Shown here: piece after piece, positions 28,782 through 38,324 of the stretch
Numbering within the stretch: the first letter of the stretch is position 1
Layout of the letters: the number at the start of each line of letters is the position of its first letter
From: Candidatus Woesearchaeota archaeon
GTDB taxonomy: Archaea; Nanobdellota; Nanobdellia; Woesearchaeales; UBA10216
NCBI GenBank assembly: GCA_016180105.1
Contig: JACPBZ010000005.1
Location: forward strand, 1 to 42,545
Length of the DNA stretch: 42,545 nt
Direction of reading: 5' to 3'
The notes under the pieces: generated by a model
What the model was told of the DNA's origin: nothing
Database searches by the model: none
Seen by the model: the letters and a program-made list of their open reading frames with translations, nothing else
Translations under genes and position numbers: made by a program

Positions 28782-29204
28782 ATGGCAGTTGAAATTTTCT
28801 TTGACGGCTTGTGCGAGCCCCAGCCGGGCGGCATTGGGACTTACGGCTACGTCATTTACCGTGATGGCAAAAAAGTCCGGGAGCACTGCGCATTCATTGG
28901 GAAGGGCGCGGGAATGACGAATAATGTTGCGGAGTATTCTGCCATAGTCGCTGCCCTGGAATGGGCAAGGGCTCACGACTTGCTTAAGGGAAAAGTGGTT
29001 GTGAAGGGCGACAGCCAGCTGGTGATAAGGCAGCTTCAGGGTGAGTACAAGGTAAAGTCGCTTACTTCCAAGAAGTTCTTTCCGGTGATTCAGAAGCTTG
29101 CGGAAGGAGCTGACATACGGTATGAGTGGGTGGCCAGGGAGGAGAATGGCGAGGCTGATTTTCTTAGCAAGAAGGCTCACAGGGAGTACGTTGCTTCCCG
29201 CTAG
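28782..29204 (+). CDS. rnhA: Ribonuclease HI (archaeal type)
   Basis: FFDG, TNNVAEY, GDSQLVI and WVAREENGEAD. Confidence 0.92.
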   Translation: MAVEIFFDGLCEPQPGGIGTYGYVIYRDGKKVREHCAFIGKGAGMTNNVAEYSAIVAALEWARAHDLLKGKVVVKGDSQLVIRQLQGEYKVKSLTSKKFFPVIQKLAEGADIRYEWVAREENGEADFLSKKAHREYVASR

Positions 29205-29590
29205 TCTTTCGCCCAGTAGTATAGCCTTACTATTTGCCTTGTTGAATTTGTCGTGTTACCTGCTATCATTATGGCATTGGCGTATATTCTTTTTTGCGGG
29301 AGCTGCGGGAGGGCAGAAACCCTGCTTTCAGAGACATTTGCCTTGAAGTCGTACTTGTCTTCCAGGTGGCTGTCGATGGTCTGGTTTATGCAGGTGTAGT
29401 TTTGCATTAGCACGCAGTTCCTGAACACGTCATTTCCTCCAAGGTTTCCGAGGACGCTTGGCGGCGCGGCGGGAAATGCCTGCTCTCTTTGTTGGGGTAT
29501 GAAGATTATCAGGAAGATGAATGTGATGAAGATTGCCATCAGGGCCTCAAGCGTGCGGATGATTGCAGTCTTGCTCTCGACGAGTTTCAT
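29201..29590 (-). CDS. Pilin-like membrane protein
   Basis: Class III signal-like KTA/IIRTLEALMAIFITF followed by a hydrophobic helix. Confidence 0.55.
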   Translation of the reverse strand: MKLVESKTAIIRTLEALMAIFITFIFLIIFIPQQREQAFPAAPPSVLGNLGGNDVFRNCVLMQNYTCINQTIDSHLEDKYDFKANVSESRVSALPQLPQKRIYANAIMIAGNTTNSTRQIVRLYYWAKD

Positions 29591-29591
29591 T

Positions 29592-30896
29592 TCACCAGCC
29601 TCTGATTCTCAGCCTGTGCCTTGACTTTATTCCGTACTTGTCAAGGATAAACACCTCGCTTTCCTTTGCGAAAACATTGGTTGCCCCGGCAAGCTGCGGC
29701 TGATAGTTGAAAACCGTGCCCCCGGTGTCGTTAAGGAGAGTGAAGCTGAAGTCTCTTGAGGAAGGGTACCTGAAGGCCGACTTTAGGGTATCGTAAGCAG
29801 TCTCATTTAGCTTCCTGTAAAGCGGTGTTGAAACTCCAGTGAGGTTTTCAATGGCTCCGAATGCTGTCCTGTATGGGGAAACATACCTCGTTGTCGCGTT
29901 ATGGTCTCCGGGATGGAATATGATGTCGTACCTGGACTCGTTTTGCAGGGCGAACTGGATGCCCATCCTTACGGTGCTGTTGCCTATGCAGAAGCTGAAG
30001 TTGCTGCCTTCGGGCGTGACGAAGGTGACTCCGCTTACGCCGTCGTTGAAGTCGATGTATCTGGAGGAGCCGCTTGTGCAGCCTCCTGCAGTATAGTTGA
30101 TGGTTCCTGAAAGGGCGTTAGTTACGTGGAAAAAAGTGTAGTTCCGCACGGTTGCTGAAACAACAATGTCGTGCGACTCCTTGGCGTCAGTGCCGACGTA
30201 ATTGAGTATCCTTGAAAATCCGGCAACGACGAAAGCCGTGTGGTTCGCCTGGGGATAGACCAGCTTGTATTTTGCCGACAGTGCGGAAATGTTGGCTTCC
30301 GTGCTGGCTGTTTCCGGCTTCAGTACAATGCCTGAGATGCTTATGTTGAACTCGTCAAGCCTTTCCTTGTCAAAGTGGCTTGCCCTTGAAAGGAATGCGT
30401 TGCTGAACTCCGCATTGAACCTCTGCGAGTCAATGGATGCTGCCGAGGGGCTTGCCTCAAGGTCAAAGTCCTCGCTGGGAAGGGTGTAGTTCTCGCCTGA
30501 GCTGGCGATTTCCAGCACGTTTTTTCCCTGGATTAGCTGCCTTGGGAATACAAGCTTGCTGTCCTTGATGTCAAAGCTGTGGTTGTCCTCAAATGTGAAA
30601 TTCTTCCAGTCGTACGGGAAATTTATTATCATTGGCTCCTTGCCTGAGATGTTTGAGTTTATGAACAGCGGAACCCTCTGCACGTTCCAGCTTGCCCTGT
30701 CAACTATGCCATCGTGCACGTTATCCAGGAGAGAGTCTGCTGGCGAGTCCTGGCCCGGTAGCTGCCTTATGAACACGAAAAAGGCGCCAAGGTAAATCAG
30801 GAACAGGCCAAGGCTTATTATCCAGTCGACGTCTATGGCAACCGCCTTCTTTGACAGCCCTATCTTTGGCATCCTCCTCTTTTTCCCGGCAATCAT
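29592..30896 (-). CDS. Large pilin-like or surface protein
   Basis: KKA/VAIDVDWIISLGLFLIYL N-terminus and many NxS/T sequons. Confidence 0.55.
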   Translation of the reverse strand: MIAGKKRRMPKIGLSKKAVAIDVDWIISLGLFLIYLGAFFVFIRQLPGQDSPADSLLDNVHDGIVDRASWNVQRVPLFINSNISGKEPMIINFPYDWKNFTFEDNHSFDIKDSKLVFPRQLIQGKNVLEIASSGENYTLPSEDFDLEASPSAASIDSQRFNAEFSNAFLSRASHFDKERLDEFNISISGIVLKPETASTEANISALSAKYKLVYPQANHTAFVVAGFSRILNYVGTDAKESHDIVVSATVRNYTFFHVTNALSGTINYTAGGCTSGSSRYIDFNDGVSGVTFVTPEGSNFSFCIGNSTVRMGIQFALQNESRYDIIFHPGDHNATTRYVSPYRTAFGAIENLTGVSTPLYRKLNETAYDTLKSAFRYPSSRDFSFTLLNDTGGTVFNYQPQLAGATNVFAKESEVFILDKYGIKSRHRLRIRGW

Positions 30897-30953
30897 CTGC
30901 AGTTGAAACTTCTGAGGGAAATTATTTAAAGGTTGTGCGGATTCTGGTTTTTC

Positions 30954-31589
30954 ATGAAAGCTTATGGGTTTTTGGCTGTGGCCATTGCTGCAACGGTTGT
31001 TGCTGCATTTTTGGGCGGATGCTCAAATGGAACAGGGAGCTCAAGCAGGGAAGTTGCCGCTCTGGTCAATGGGGAAAGGATTTACTTTGATGACGTTAAT
31101 GAGGAATACGCCTCTCTCTCCACTGAGCAGCAGGAGAGCATTACAAGGGCGGATGCTCTCTCGTTTCTCATTGAGCGGGAAATCCTTGCCCAGGAAGCGA
31201 AAAGGCAAGGCGTGACAGTATCAGAGAAGGAAGTTGAAGACGAATATGAATTCCTGCTTTTAGTGAGCAACCTGACAGGGCCAGGCTTGGAACTTCAGCT
31301 CAGGGCAAGAAACAGCTCGCTTGAGAAGTTCAAGGCAACCGTGAAGAAGCAGGTGATGATAGGCAAGCTTCTTGATAAGGCAGTCCCCAGGCAGTTTATT
31401 ATCAAGCACGACGATGTGGAAAGAATTTACAATGCCAGCAATTATGCTTCCCTTGGCATCACGTTCGAGCACGCGGAGAAAGCCATCGTTGACCTAATCA
31501 CTGGTCAACGGCAGGCATCTGAACGCGCCGCCTACATCGAGCGCCTCAAGGGAGAGGCTGACGTGCTGATAGTGGCTGTGCCTGGCTGA
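30954..31589 (+). CDS. SurA N-terminal-domain lipoprotein (chaperone-like)
   Basis: FLGGC lipobox, AALVNGERI and LIEREILAQEAKRQGVTVS. Confidence 0.75.
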   Translation: MKAYGFLAVAIAATVVAAFLGGCSNGTGSSSREVAALVNGERIYFDDVNEEYASLSTEQQESITRADALSFLIEREILAQEAKRQGVTVSEKEVEDEYEFLLLVSNLTGPGLELQLRARNSSLEKFKATVKKQVMIGKLLDKAVPRQFIIKHDDVERIYNASNYASLGITFEHAEKAIVDLITGQRQASERAAYIERLKGEADVLIVAVPG

Positions 31590-31591
31590 GT

Positions 31592-32983
31592 TTACAGTTC
31601 GCTCAGCGTCGCAACCGCAAGCCTCGTTTCTTCTGGCCTTATCTTGCTGTCCATCGCGACAACGCATTTCACGTTGGCCATTTCTGCAGCCTTTGCAAGC
31701 TCTCGGTCTATTGAGCCATCAAGGACGATTGCGTAAACATTATTCAGGCTTCTCAGTGTTGATTGCAGTTCAGCCAATGGGACTTTTCCGAGCACGTTGA
31801 GCTTTTCGTCAAAGAGGTATGCTCCTCGTGTGCCTATGAGTGTGCCTGAAATTTCCCGGAATACTGCTTTCTCGTTCTGGGAAAGCTGCTTCGGTTCCCT
31901 CGGCCCCCCGTCAGGCTGGGCTTCGAATCTTGGCTCCCTTGGCGGCAGTCTTCCGCGACTTTGCACCATTGGCGGTCTCCTGAAGCCGCCAGGTTGCTGC
32001 ATTGGAGGCCTCTCCTGCCTGAACTCCTCTCGCGGCCTGAATTCTGTTCGCGGCCTGAAATCTTCCCTTGGAAGCTGCGGGGATTGGCTGCCTGGCTGTG
32101 CAGCGGCTTCTGCCCTGTCAGCAGCCCTGCTGTCCTGCCGTTCTATCCTTTCTGCTTTTTCAAGCCTGAGCTGTTCAGGGACAACCCTGGAACGAAGTGC
32201 CTTGTGAATTTCCTTTTTCTCAAGCTCCTCGACTTCCTTTCCATCCGGGGCTTTGGTCACGTAATCGACTTCGGCAACATCGATGAGTTCCTTGAGTATC
32301 AAGTCCCCTCCGCGGTCGCCGTCAACGAATGCCGTGAGCACTTTTTTCTTGCTCAGCTCAACGATGGTCTGGGGCACGGATGTGCCGTTCATTCCTATTA
32401 CGTTCTTGAAGCCGTGCTTCAGAAGGTTCATTACGTCAGCCCTTCCCTCGCAGACTATTACTTCCTCGCTGTCCTCGATTCCAGGGCCTGCCGGGAGCCT
32501 GTCTGTGCCGTATTCAATGGCTTCCATTACCCTGACTGCCTTTGATACCTCGTCAGCGAGCTCTTGCGAGTCTGGCATTACTGTGTCGACCATTGTCTTG
32601 AGGAGTTCCTTTGCCCTGTCAATGACAAATGCGCGCTTGCTTGTCCTGACATCCTCAATGCTGTCGACCTTGAGCCTTGCGTTGCACGGCCCTATCCTCT
32701 GGATTATTTCCAGGGCTGCCGCGATGATTGCAGTCTCTGCCTTGTCCAGTGAGGAAGGGATGGTTATTGCGCCGGAGGTCTTTCCGCTTCTTATTTCCGT
32801 GTCGACCTCTATCCTTCCAATCCTTCCTGAGCGCTGGAGCTCCCTGAGCTCAAGGTCTGACCCGAGTAGGCCTTCTGTCTGGCCGAATATTGCGCCTATG
32901 ACGTCCGGCCTGTCAACAACACCTTCTATCTGGATTGTGGAGTGTATTATGTACTTTGCTGATACTGGACTAATCTTTCCCAT
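31592..32983 (-). CDS. dnaG: Archaeal DnaG (TOPRIM, exosome-associated)
   Basis: DVIGAIFGQTEGLLG, VCEGRADV, DGDRGG and APDGKEVEEL. Confidence 0.95.
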   Translation of the reverse strand: MGKISPVSAKYIIHSTIQIEGVVDRPDVIGAIFGQTEGLLGSDLELRELQRSGRIGRIEVDTEIRSGKTSGAITIPSSLDKAETAIIAAALEIIQRIGPCNARLKVDSIEDVRTSKRAFVIDRAKELLKTMVDTVMPDSQELADEVSKAVRVMEAIEYGTDRLPAGPGIEDSEEVIVCEGRADVMNLLKHGFKNVIGMNGTSVPQTIVELSKKKVLTAFVDGDRGGDLILKELIDVAEVDYVTKAPDGKEVEELEKKEIHKALRSRVVPEQLRLEKAERIERQDSRAADRAEAAAQPGSQSPQLPREDFRPRTEFRPREEFRQERPPMQQPGGFRRPPMVQSRGRLPPREPRFEAQPDGGPREPKQLSQNEKAVFREISGTLIGTRGAYLFDEKLNVLGKVPLAELQSTLRSLNNVYAIVLDGSIDRELAKAAEMANVKCVVAMDSKIRPEETRLAVATLSEL

Positions 32984-33217
32984 TCAAATCGCCTCGTGTT
33001 AGGCACGGCCAGAACTTTCTCAGAACAAGTCACAACTACGCTTTGGCCTTTGGTAGGGCCCTGCTAATCATGATAGCTTAACCAATGATGAATGTGAATT
33101 GCTGATTTTCGTGACGGCTTTTGCCGTTTTTACAAGTTGTGCCTTGTCTTGTTTTTTCTGGCACTGTGTGCCTTTAATCTTGCTTATGGTTCCAATGGAA
33201 CCGTTATGATAGTGAAA

Positions 33218-33420
33218 ATGTGGCCCGACACTAACCCCCGAATTCCTGGCCAGCCATTGGGCGAGCTTGTCCGGGTAACTCTGAGTCGGGCTGCGGAACA
33301 TTGTGGCTCACAGGCCTTGCCTGTGCCCCAATCGACACGTGTCAATGTGGGCCCGTTTCATCCGCGGCCATCGCGGCCGAGTCACGGAAGGACCGAAAAC
33401 GTCCGCGTGAATGACGTATC
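33218..33420 (-). ncRNA. Candidate multi-stem non-coding RNA upstream of dnaG
   Basis: GC-rich non-coding stretch with several stems, preceded by AAAAG-TTTATTAA at about 33453-33441. Confidence 0.45.
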
Positions 33421-33526
33421 CTTGCAGAGTGGCAAGCTTATTAATAAACTTTTGTGTAAGCGAGTATTCACTTAGAAGTGACAATAATAGAAAGATTTAT
33501 AAATAAGCTGTTTTCTTGCTTTGGTA

Positions 33527-33853
33527 ATGGCAGATTTGTACCTTCAATGCGTTGTCATTCCTGAGCGGCCAGGCTACCATCCGCAGTTTATTGTGGGCGA
33601 GCCAGGCATAACTGACCAGTTCGGCTTTCGGAGGAGAAACAAGGTACTTGTCCAAGGCGTGGTTGGAGTGACTGTCGAGTTTAACACGAGGCCGGAAGCT
33701 TTCAGGAAAGGGGTCGAAGCCATTGTCAGTGAGTTGGGAACACAGGTGACCCTAGACGACATTGCTGCTCGGCTTGAGCAAAGAGGCTATTCTACGCACG
33801 TTATTCCAGCGATGTATCACTTGAGTGGCCAGCCTCGAAAGGCAGGTAATTGA
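33527..33853 (+). CDS. Hypothetical protein
   Basis: 108-aa ORF; TTTATAAA about 25 nt upstream. Confidence 0.6.
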   Translation: MADLYLQCVVIPERPGYHPQFIVGEPGITDQFGFRRRNKVLVQGVVGVTVEFNTRPEAFRKGVEAIVSELGTQVTLDDIAARLEQRGYSTHVIPAMYHLSGQPRKAGN

Positions 33854-33897
33854 ATCCCTGCGAAAACTCTATAAACCAGGCTCTTTAGTTCTCGGTT

Positions 33898-34623
33898 ATG
33901 GCAAAGAAGCACCCTGAGCGGTTCAAGACCCTTAATGACGTCTTTGACCAGTTCACCATTCGCAACCTTTACGTTCTTACAACAAAGGACCATTTCGTGG
34001 ATGGCACGCTTGCTCCCTTGTCGATTGGGAAGGAGGCTAACGTCTTCAGTGCTGAGAGGAAGGACGGCAGCCGCGCAGTCGTGAAGATTTACAGGCTTGA
34101 GACTGCTGACTTTAACAGCATGTACAGCTATCTTGCCCTTGACCCCAGGTATCCGAGCATCAAGAAGAAGCAGCGTGACGTGATTTTTGCCTGGTGCCAG
34201 AGGGAGTATCGAAATTTGCTTGCTGCGCGGGAGGCTATGGTCAGGGCTCCCCTTCCCTTTGCATTCCTGAAGAACATCCTGGTAATGTCGCAGGTTGGCG
34301 ATGAGCAGCCTGCACAGAAAATCAAGGATGACATTCCTAAGCATCCGCAGAGGTTCTTCAACGAGATAGTTGGCGAGATGAAGAAGCTCTACCGCTTCGG
34401 CTTCATTCACTCTGACCTTTCCAAGTTCAACATCCTGAACCTTGACCAGCACCCTGTTTTGATTGACTTCTCCCAGATGCTGCCGGCGAATGCTGCCGGT
34501 GCGGAAGACTTTCTCAGGCGCGATGTGGAAAATGTTTCTGGGTTCTTCAGGAAGCTCGACGTGATGATTGACAACGAGAAAGTGCACAAGGAGATAGTTG
34601 CAGTCGGGACTAAGAAAGCTTAA
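33898..34623 (+). CDS. rio1: RIO1-family protein kinase
   Basis: GKEANVF, VVKIYR, IHSDLSKFNIL and LIDFSQ. Confidence 0.9.
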   Translation: MAKKHPERFKTLNDVFDQFTIRNLYVLTTKDHFVDGTLAPLSIGKEANVFSAERKDGSRAVVKIYRLETADFNSMYSYLALDPRYPSIKKKQRDVIFAWCQREYRNLLAAREAMVRAPLPFAFLKNILVMSQVGDEQPAQKIKDDIPKHPQRFFNEIVGEMKKLYRFGFIHSDLSKFNILNLDQHPVLIDFSQMLPANAAGAEDFLRRDVENVSGFFRKLDVMIDNEKVHKEIVAVGTKKA

Positions 34624-35030
34624 GCTTCGTAGAATTCAACGGCAGCCGCCGCTTTTTTCTTGATTTCCTCGTCAAACGTGACAAGCTTTGAGCTGGTTTG
34701 TTTTGCGGCGTTCACAATAACCGCATCTGCTCCTTTTAGGGCTGTTGAAACGGCCAAGTCGCTTGCCAGAGAGGCATCAGGATTGCTTATCGGGATTATG
34801 CTGATAATTTCCTCTCCAGCTATATCTTCCACAATGTTCTTGACTTGTGCTGCTTCCGCTTCGCCTTTGTTCCTCCTTATGACACCACAAAGCTCTACCA
34901 GTGACAACGCTGAAATGACTCCTCTGATTTCACGCCGAAGTATCCTGTCCCTCACCACTCTTGCCTTTTCGTGATGTGCGTCTGATATGAAAAAAGAAAC
35001 CAGGCAAGAGGTGTCAAGAAGTAAAGTCAT
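34620..35030 (-). CDS. vapC: VapC PIN-domain toxin
   Basis: LLDTSCL, SLVEL, GADAVI and LVTFD. Confidence 0.85.
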   Translation of the reverse strand: MTLLLDTSCLVSFFISDAHHEKARVVRDRILRREIRGVISALSLVELCGVIRRNKGEAEAAQVKNIVEDIAGEEIISIIPISNPDASLASDLAVSTALKGADAVIVNAAKQTSSKLVTFDEEIKKKAAAAVEFYEA

Positions 35031-35033
35031 CTG

Positions 35034-35282
35034 TCACCTCCTTTCCCTTCGCACTGCTTCCACGGAATCAAGCCCCTTCGGCCATTTAGCGGAAACTCTG
35101 GTTGCAAGTTCGTCGAATGATTTTATCAGCTTCTCTGCATTAAACGGCTTTATGAGTATCCCGTCCTTGGTCACTTGTGCCTCTACCATTTCCCCTTCGC
35201 GCAGTCCGGCTTCCGCCCTTAGCTTCTTCTTGAGCACAATCTGCCCCTTCGGCCCGATTTTACTTACCGCTGTCAGAGTCAT
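35034..35282 (-). CDS. AbrB/MazE/SpoVT-family antitoxin
   Basis: KIGPKGQIVL...GLREGEMV...GILIKP, directly upstream of the PIN gene. Confidence 0.85.
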   Translation of the reverse strand: MTLTAVSKIGPKGQIVLKKKLRAEAGLREGEMVEAQVTKDGILIKPFNAEKLIKSFDELATRVSAKWPKGLDSVEAVRRERR

Positions 35283-35407
35283 ACTAACTGAGAGGTTATA
35301 CTAATATTTAAGTCTTGCTATGTTTATGGTAGGAAAATAGCTCAATTATGATAGAAGAAGCAAGGCATATCTGACAAGAATTAAGGATTAAAGAGAAAAT
35401 TCAGAAT

Positions 35408-35460
35408 AAAAAAGAAAGGTCCCCAAGCTTTGGGCTTGAGGACGCTGTCTTTCCTTTCTT
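35408..35460 (-). terminator. Hairpin plus U-tract downstream of ftsZ
   Basis: GUCCUCAAGC-CCAAA-GCUUGGGGAC followed by CUUUCUUUUUU. Confidence 0.6.
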
Positions 35461-35541
35461 GCCTTCATTGTTGGTTGTTGGGGGTGGTAATGAAGGCAAA
35501 GAACTCACCTAGTCGGTGAAAATGATTTCTTTGCGCCCTGC

Positions 35542-36627
35542 TCATACTATCTCGATTCCGAGCTCGTCGTCGACCTGTCTCATCCCAAGGGATGGCCTGA
35601 CTCCTGACGCAGCGCGCTTGTCCACTTTTCCGAGTATCCACGGGCTCTTGACGCCTGTGATGATTGTCATCACGGTTATCTTGCCCTTCATTGACTCGGC
35701 TACTCTCGCGCCCCAGATGACGTTTGCGTCCTCATCGAGGCTTTCAGTGACCAGTTCGCCAATCCTGTTTATCTCGTCCAGTGTCATGTCAGGGCCGCCA
35801 GAGACGTGAATCAAGGCTCCGGATGCTCCCTTGTAGCTTATGTCCAGCAGTGGGTTGCTCAGTGCGCCTTGGACTGCTTCCTCAACCCTGTTGTTGGTGT
35901 CAGAGCTTCCTACTCCGATGGCTGCGACTCCTCCGTTGCTCATTATCGCCTTTACGTCCGCGAAGTCGAGGTTGACCAGTGATGGGACAGCTATTGTCTC
36001 GACTATTCCCTTTATCATTGTGGCAATGAGCTCGTTAGCCACCGCGAAAGCCTGTTCAATTGGCAAATTGCCTGCAATCTGGACAAGCCTGTTGTTGTCA
36101 ATCACGATTACTGTGTCTGACACTTGCCTTAGCTGCTGCAGCCCGAATTCGGCCTTGTCAATCCTTGCCCTTTCAATTTTGAAAGGCATGGTTACTGTGC
36201 CGATTACGATTGCGTCATTCTCCTTGGCGACCTTTGCCACGACTGGAGCTGAGCCTGTTCCTGTTCCGCCTCCCATTCCAGCGCAGACAAAGACCATGTC
36301 TGCCCCCTTGAGGGCTTCCTTGATTTCCTGGATTGTTTCCTTTGCAGCCTCTGCGCCCTTTTCTGGGTATCCACCGCAGCCCAATCCGCGAGTCAGGTCC
36401 TTTCCGATGAGAAATTTCTTGTCAGCAGTAGTAAAGTCGAGGTGCTGCTTGTCCGTGTTGCACGCAACGATTTCAGCGCCCTTTATTCCTTTCTTGTAAA
36501 GCCAGGAAACCATATTGTTTCCGGCTCCTCCGGCTCCTATTACTTTTATGTTGGCCTGTCCAACCATTGCCTGGGACACATCCAAATCCTGTGCACTTTT
36601 GAGTGCGTCTTGTACGATAAAGTCCAT
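35542..36627 (-). CDS. ftsZ: Cell division protein FtsZ (probably FtsZ2-like)
   Basis: GAGGAGNN, GMGGGTGTG and NLDFADV; GGGGTG SD. Confidence 0.96.
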   Translation of the reverse strand: MDFIVQDALKSAQDLDVSQAMVGQANIKVIGAGGAGNNMVSWLYKKGIKGAEIVACNTDKQHLDFTTADKKFLIGKDLTRGLGCGGYPEKGAEAAKETIQEIKEALKGADMVFVCAGMGGGTGTGSAPVVAKVAKENDAIVIGTVTMPFKIERARIDKAEFGLQQLRQVSDTVIVIDNNRLVQIAGNLPIEQAFAVANELIATMIKGIVETIAVPSLVNLDFADVKAIMSNGGVAAIGVGSSDTNNRVEEAVQGALSNPLLDISYKGASGALIHVSGGPDMTLDEINRIGELVTESLDEDANVIWGARVAESMKGKITVMTIITGVKSPWILGKVDKRAASGVRPSLGMRQVDDELGIEIV

Positions 36628-36770
36628 CTTATCCACCCCGCTTTCGCAGTTTTTTGGCTTTACTTTTTTTCCTCAAACACGCACAACCTGCTTTTTCATC
36701 ATATATTTTTGATAACAACAATGTTTAAATATTACGGTTGTGCATATCTTCAGCTAGAATAAGCGGTTTG

Positions 36771-36864
36771 TGTCCATCAAACTGTGTCCAACAATGATGA
36801 TGTCCGATTAAGGCCGGTCGTTGTCCAGACGAACGGATTTGATCCCGATTTCTGCTTTTTGTCC
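36771..36864 (-). promoter_or_regulatory. Array of five GGACA motifs upstream of the ftsZ TATA box
   Basis: TGTCC on the + strand at 36771, 36785, 36801, 36822 and 36860. Confidence 0.45.
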
Positions 36865-37021
36865 AGAAAAGCAAAAATTAACTGTTTTCCTGATATTAAA
36901 ACTATTTAAACATTTCGCAATTTAAATATATATACTACACATAATACTACTTTAGGCTTCACGAAAAAGTTCGCTTAAGTAATGCGAAAGGTTTAAAATA
37001 TGCAATATTCTCCAACCTGTG

Positions 37022-37271
37022 ATGGCAATTGATTACAAGGTAGCTGCAATCGTGATTAGCAATGCAATGAAGGGAATTGATTCTTTAGCCGGCGGCCCTT
37101 GGGCGGCTGCAACCCGCGTATGCTTTTGCAAATGCAACGCCTGATCCAGCCATTTACAGAAAGAATCAGCAGCCCAGCATTGATCAACGTTTGGTTGGGT
37201 ACAGTGCCCCTTCCGTATCAGCCAGCCCTATGACTGCTAAAGAGGCGTTGTATAAGCTTCTTATGTTGTGA
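37022..37271 (+). pseudogene. Small hypothetical gene with an apparent +1 frameshift
   Basis: TTTAAAATA about 25-30 nt before ATG; MAIDYKVAAIV...LAGG continues in the +1 frame as GRLQPAYAFAN...KEALYKLLML. Confidence 0.35.
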
Positions 37272-38037
37272 GATTACCACGTGAGCTTATTGGCAGAAAT
37301 GTAATGGTAGACCTGATTGATATTCCATCCGCTGGTTGATATTACGCTGCTTTTAATCCATTGGGCGAATTGCTGTGGCTGGTACCGCGTCGCCGAGGTA
37401 AGAAACGCTGTACCACATTCCATTTGGGTGTAGTTTGAAAGGGGCTTGGAATTGGAGGGAGTTGAGAGTGTCAAAGTATTCTTGAGTGTAAGTCATAAGG
37501 CGGGATTTGCCTTGTTAATGAGAGTATTTAAAGGATTGCCCGATGAAATGAAGAAAAACTTGGCTTCCAGCTGGCTGATGTCGGTTTTTATGTGGCGCTA
37601 TTTTTGTGAGCTTTCTGTGCGGCCCCGTTTGCGTTTCAGCAAAGGCCGCTATTCGCCCCTTTCGCCACCCGCATCGCTAGGCATATTGCCTGTCGCTTTC
37701 ACGGCTGGTAAGCCTTGTGTCCTGAAATGATTTTTCTCTTGACACTCTGGGCATCACCTCGCGGTATCCTTGTTCAGGACAAGTCATATGGAGCGTTTGA
37801 TTTATTTAAGGCTTTAGTATATACTTGCCATACTAAAGCACCACCCATCAAAGACTGGTGTGATTATTAGCTATTGTCAAGTGGTGCTTAGTGCTCAGAA
37901 CTTTCCTCAGTAAAACAACAAATTCTGTCACTAGTCCAAGGCTAGTGGGAAATGCTCAGAAACAGCTGTTTCTGGCACTCAGAAATCTGCGGATTTCTGA
38001 TGGTTCTGACATTTGTAACTGCCGCGGTAAGTTGTTA

Positions 38038-38193
38038 TCAGGGTCGTGCTGCTGTCTCTCTCATGAATTTCTCGACAAGCACGTTTGCTGAAAAGCCGTG
38101 CTTCGAGCACCATCTCATGTAGTCGTCATACACTGACCGTTCAACCACTAAGTCAAGCTTTATTTTTGATATTCCTTTTGGGGTTGCTGCCAT
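38038..38193 (-). CDS. Small ribbon-helix-helix-like protein (51 aa)
   Basis: GAGGTG SD; MAATPKGISKIKLDLVVERSVYDDYMRWCSKHGFSANVLVEKFMRETAARP shows a beta-alpha-alpha pattern. Confidence 0.65.
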   Translation of the reverse strand: MAATPKGISKIKLDLVVERSVYDDYMRWCSKHGFSANVLVEKFMRETAARP

Positions 38194-38324
38194 CAAATCA
38201 CCTCAATTGGTTGGCTATGATTCTCCTATAAAATAGCTTGTATTTGGTAAATCATTGCGATAGGGTTAAATATGGGCTTTGGCAGTTTAGTGCTTCTTAA
38301 ATCTGATACTTTTGAAGGTGTGCT

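Noticed and set aside
33218-33420. Assignment as SRP RNA, RNase P RNA, 5S rRNA or tRNA
   Set aside because: It lacks the SRP helix-8 motif, a clear RNase P P4 signature, the 5S layout and a cloverleaf.
37085-37115. BHB intron explaining the frameshift in the ORF at 37022
   Set aside because: A hairpin is present but the bulge geometry is non-canonical, and the implied 18-nt excision would not fix the frame.
37274-37790. Short minus-strand ORFs (for example 37496-37353)
   Set aside because: No recognisable motif and inconsistent frames.
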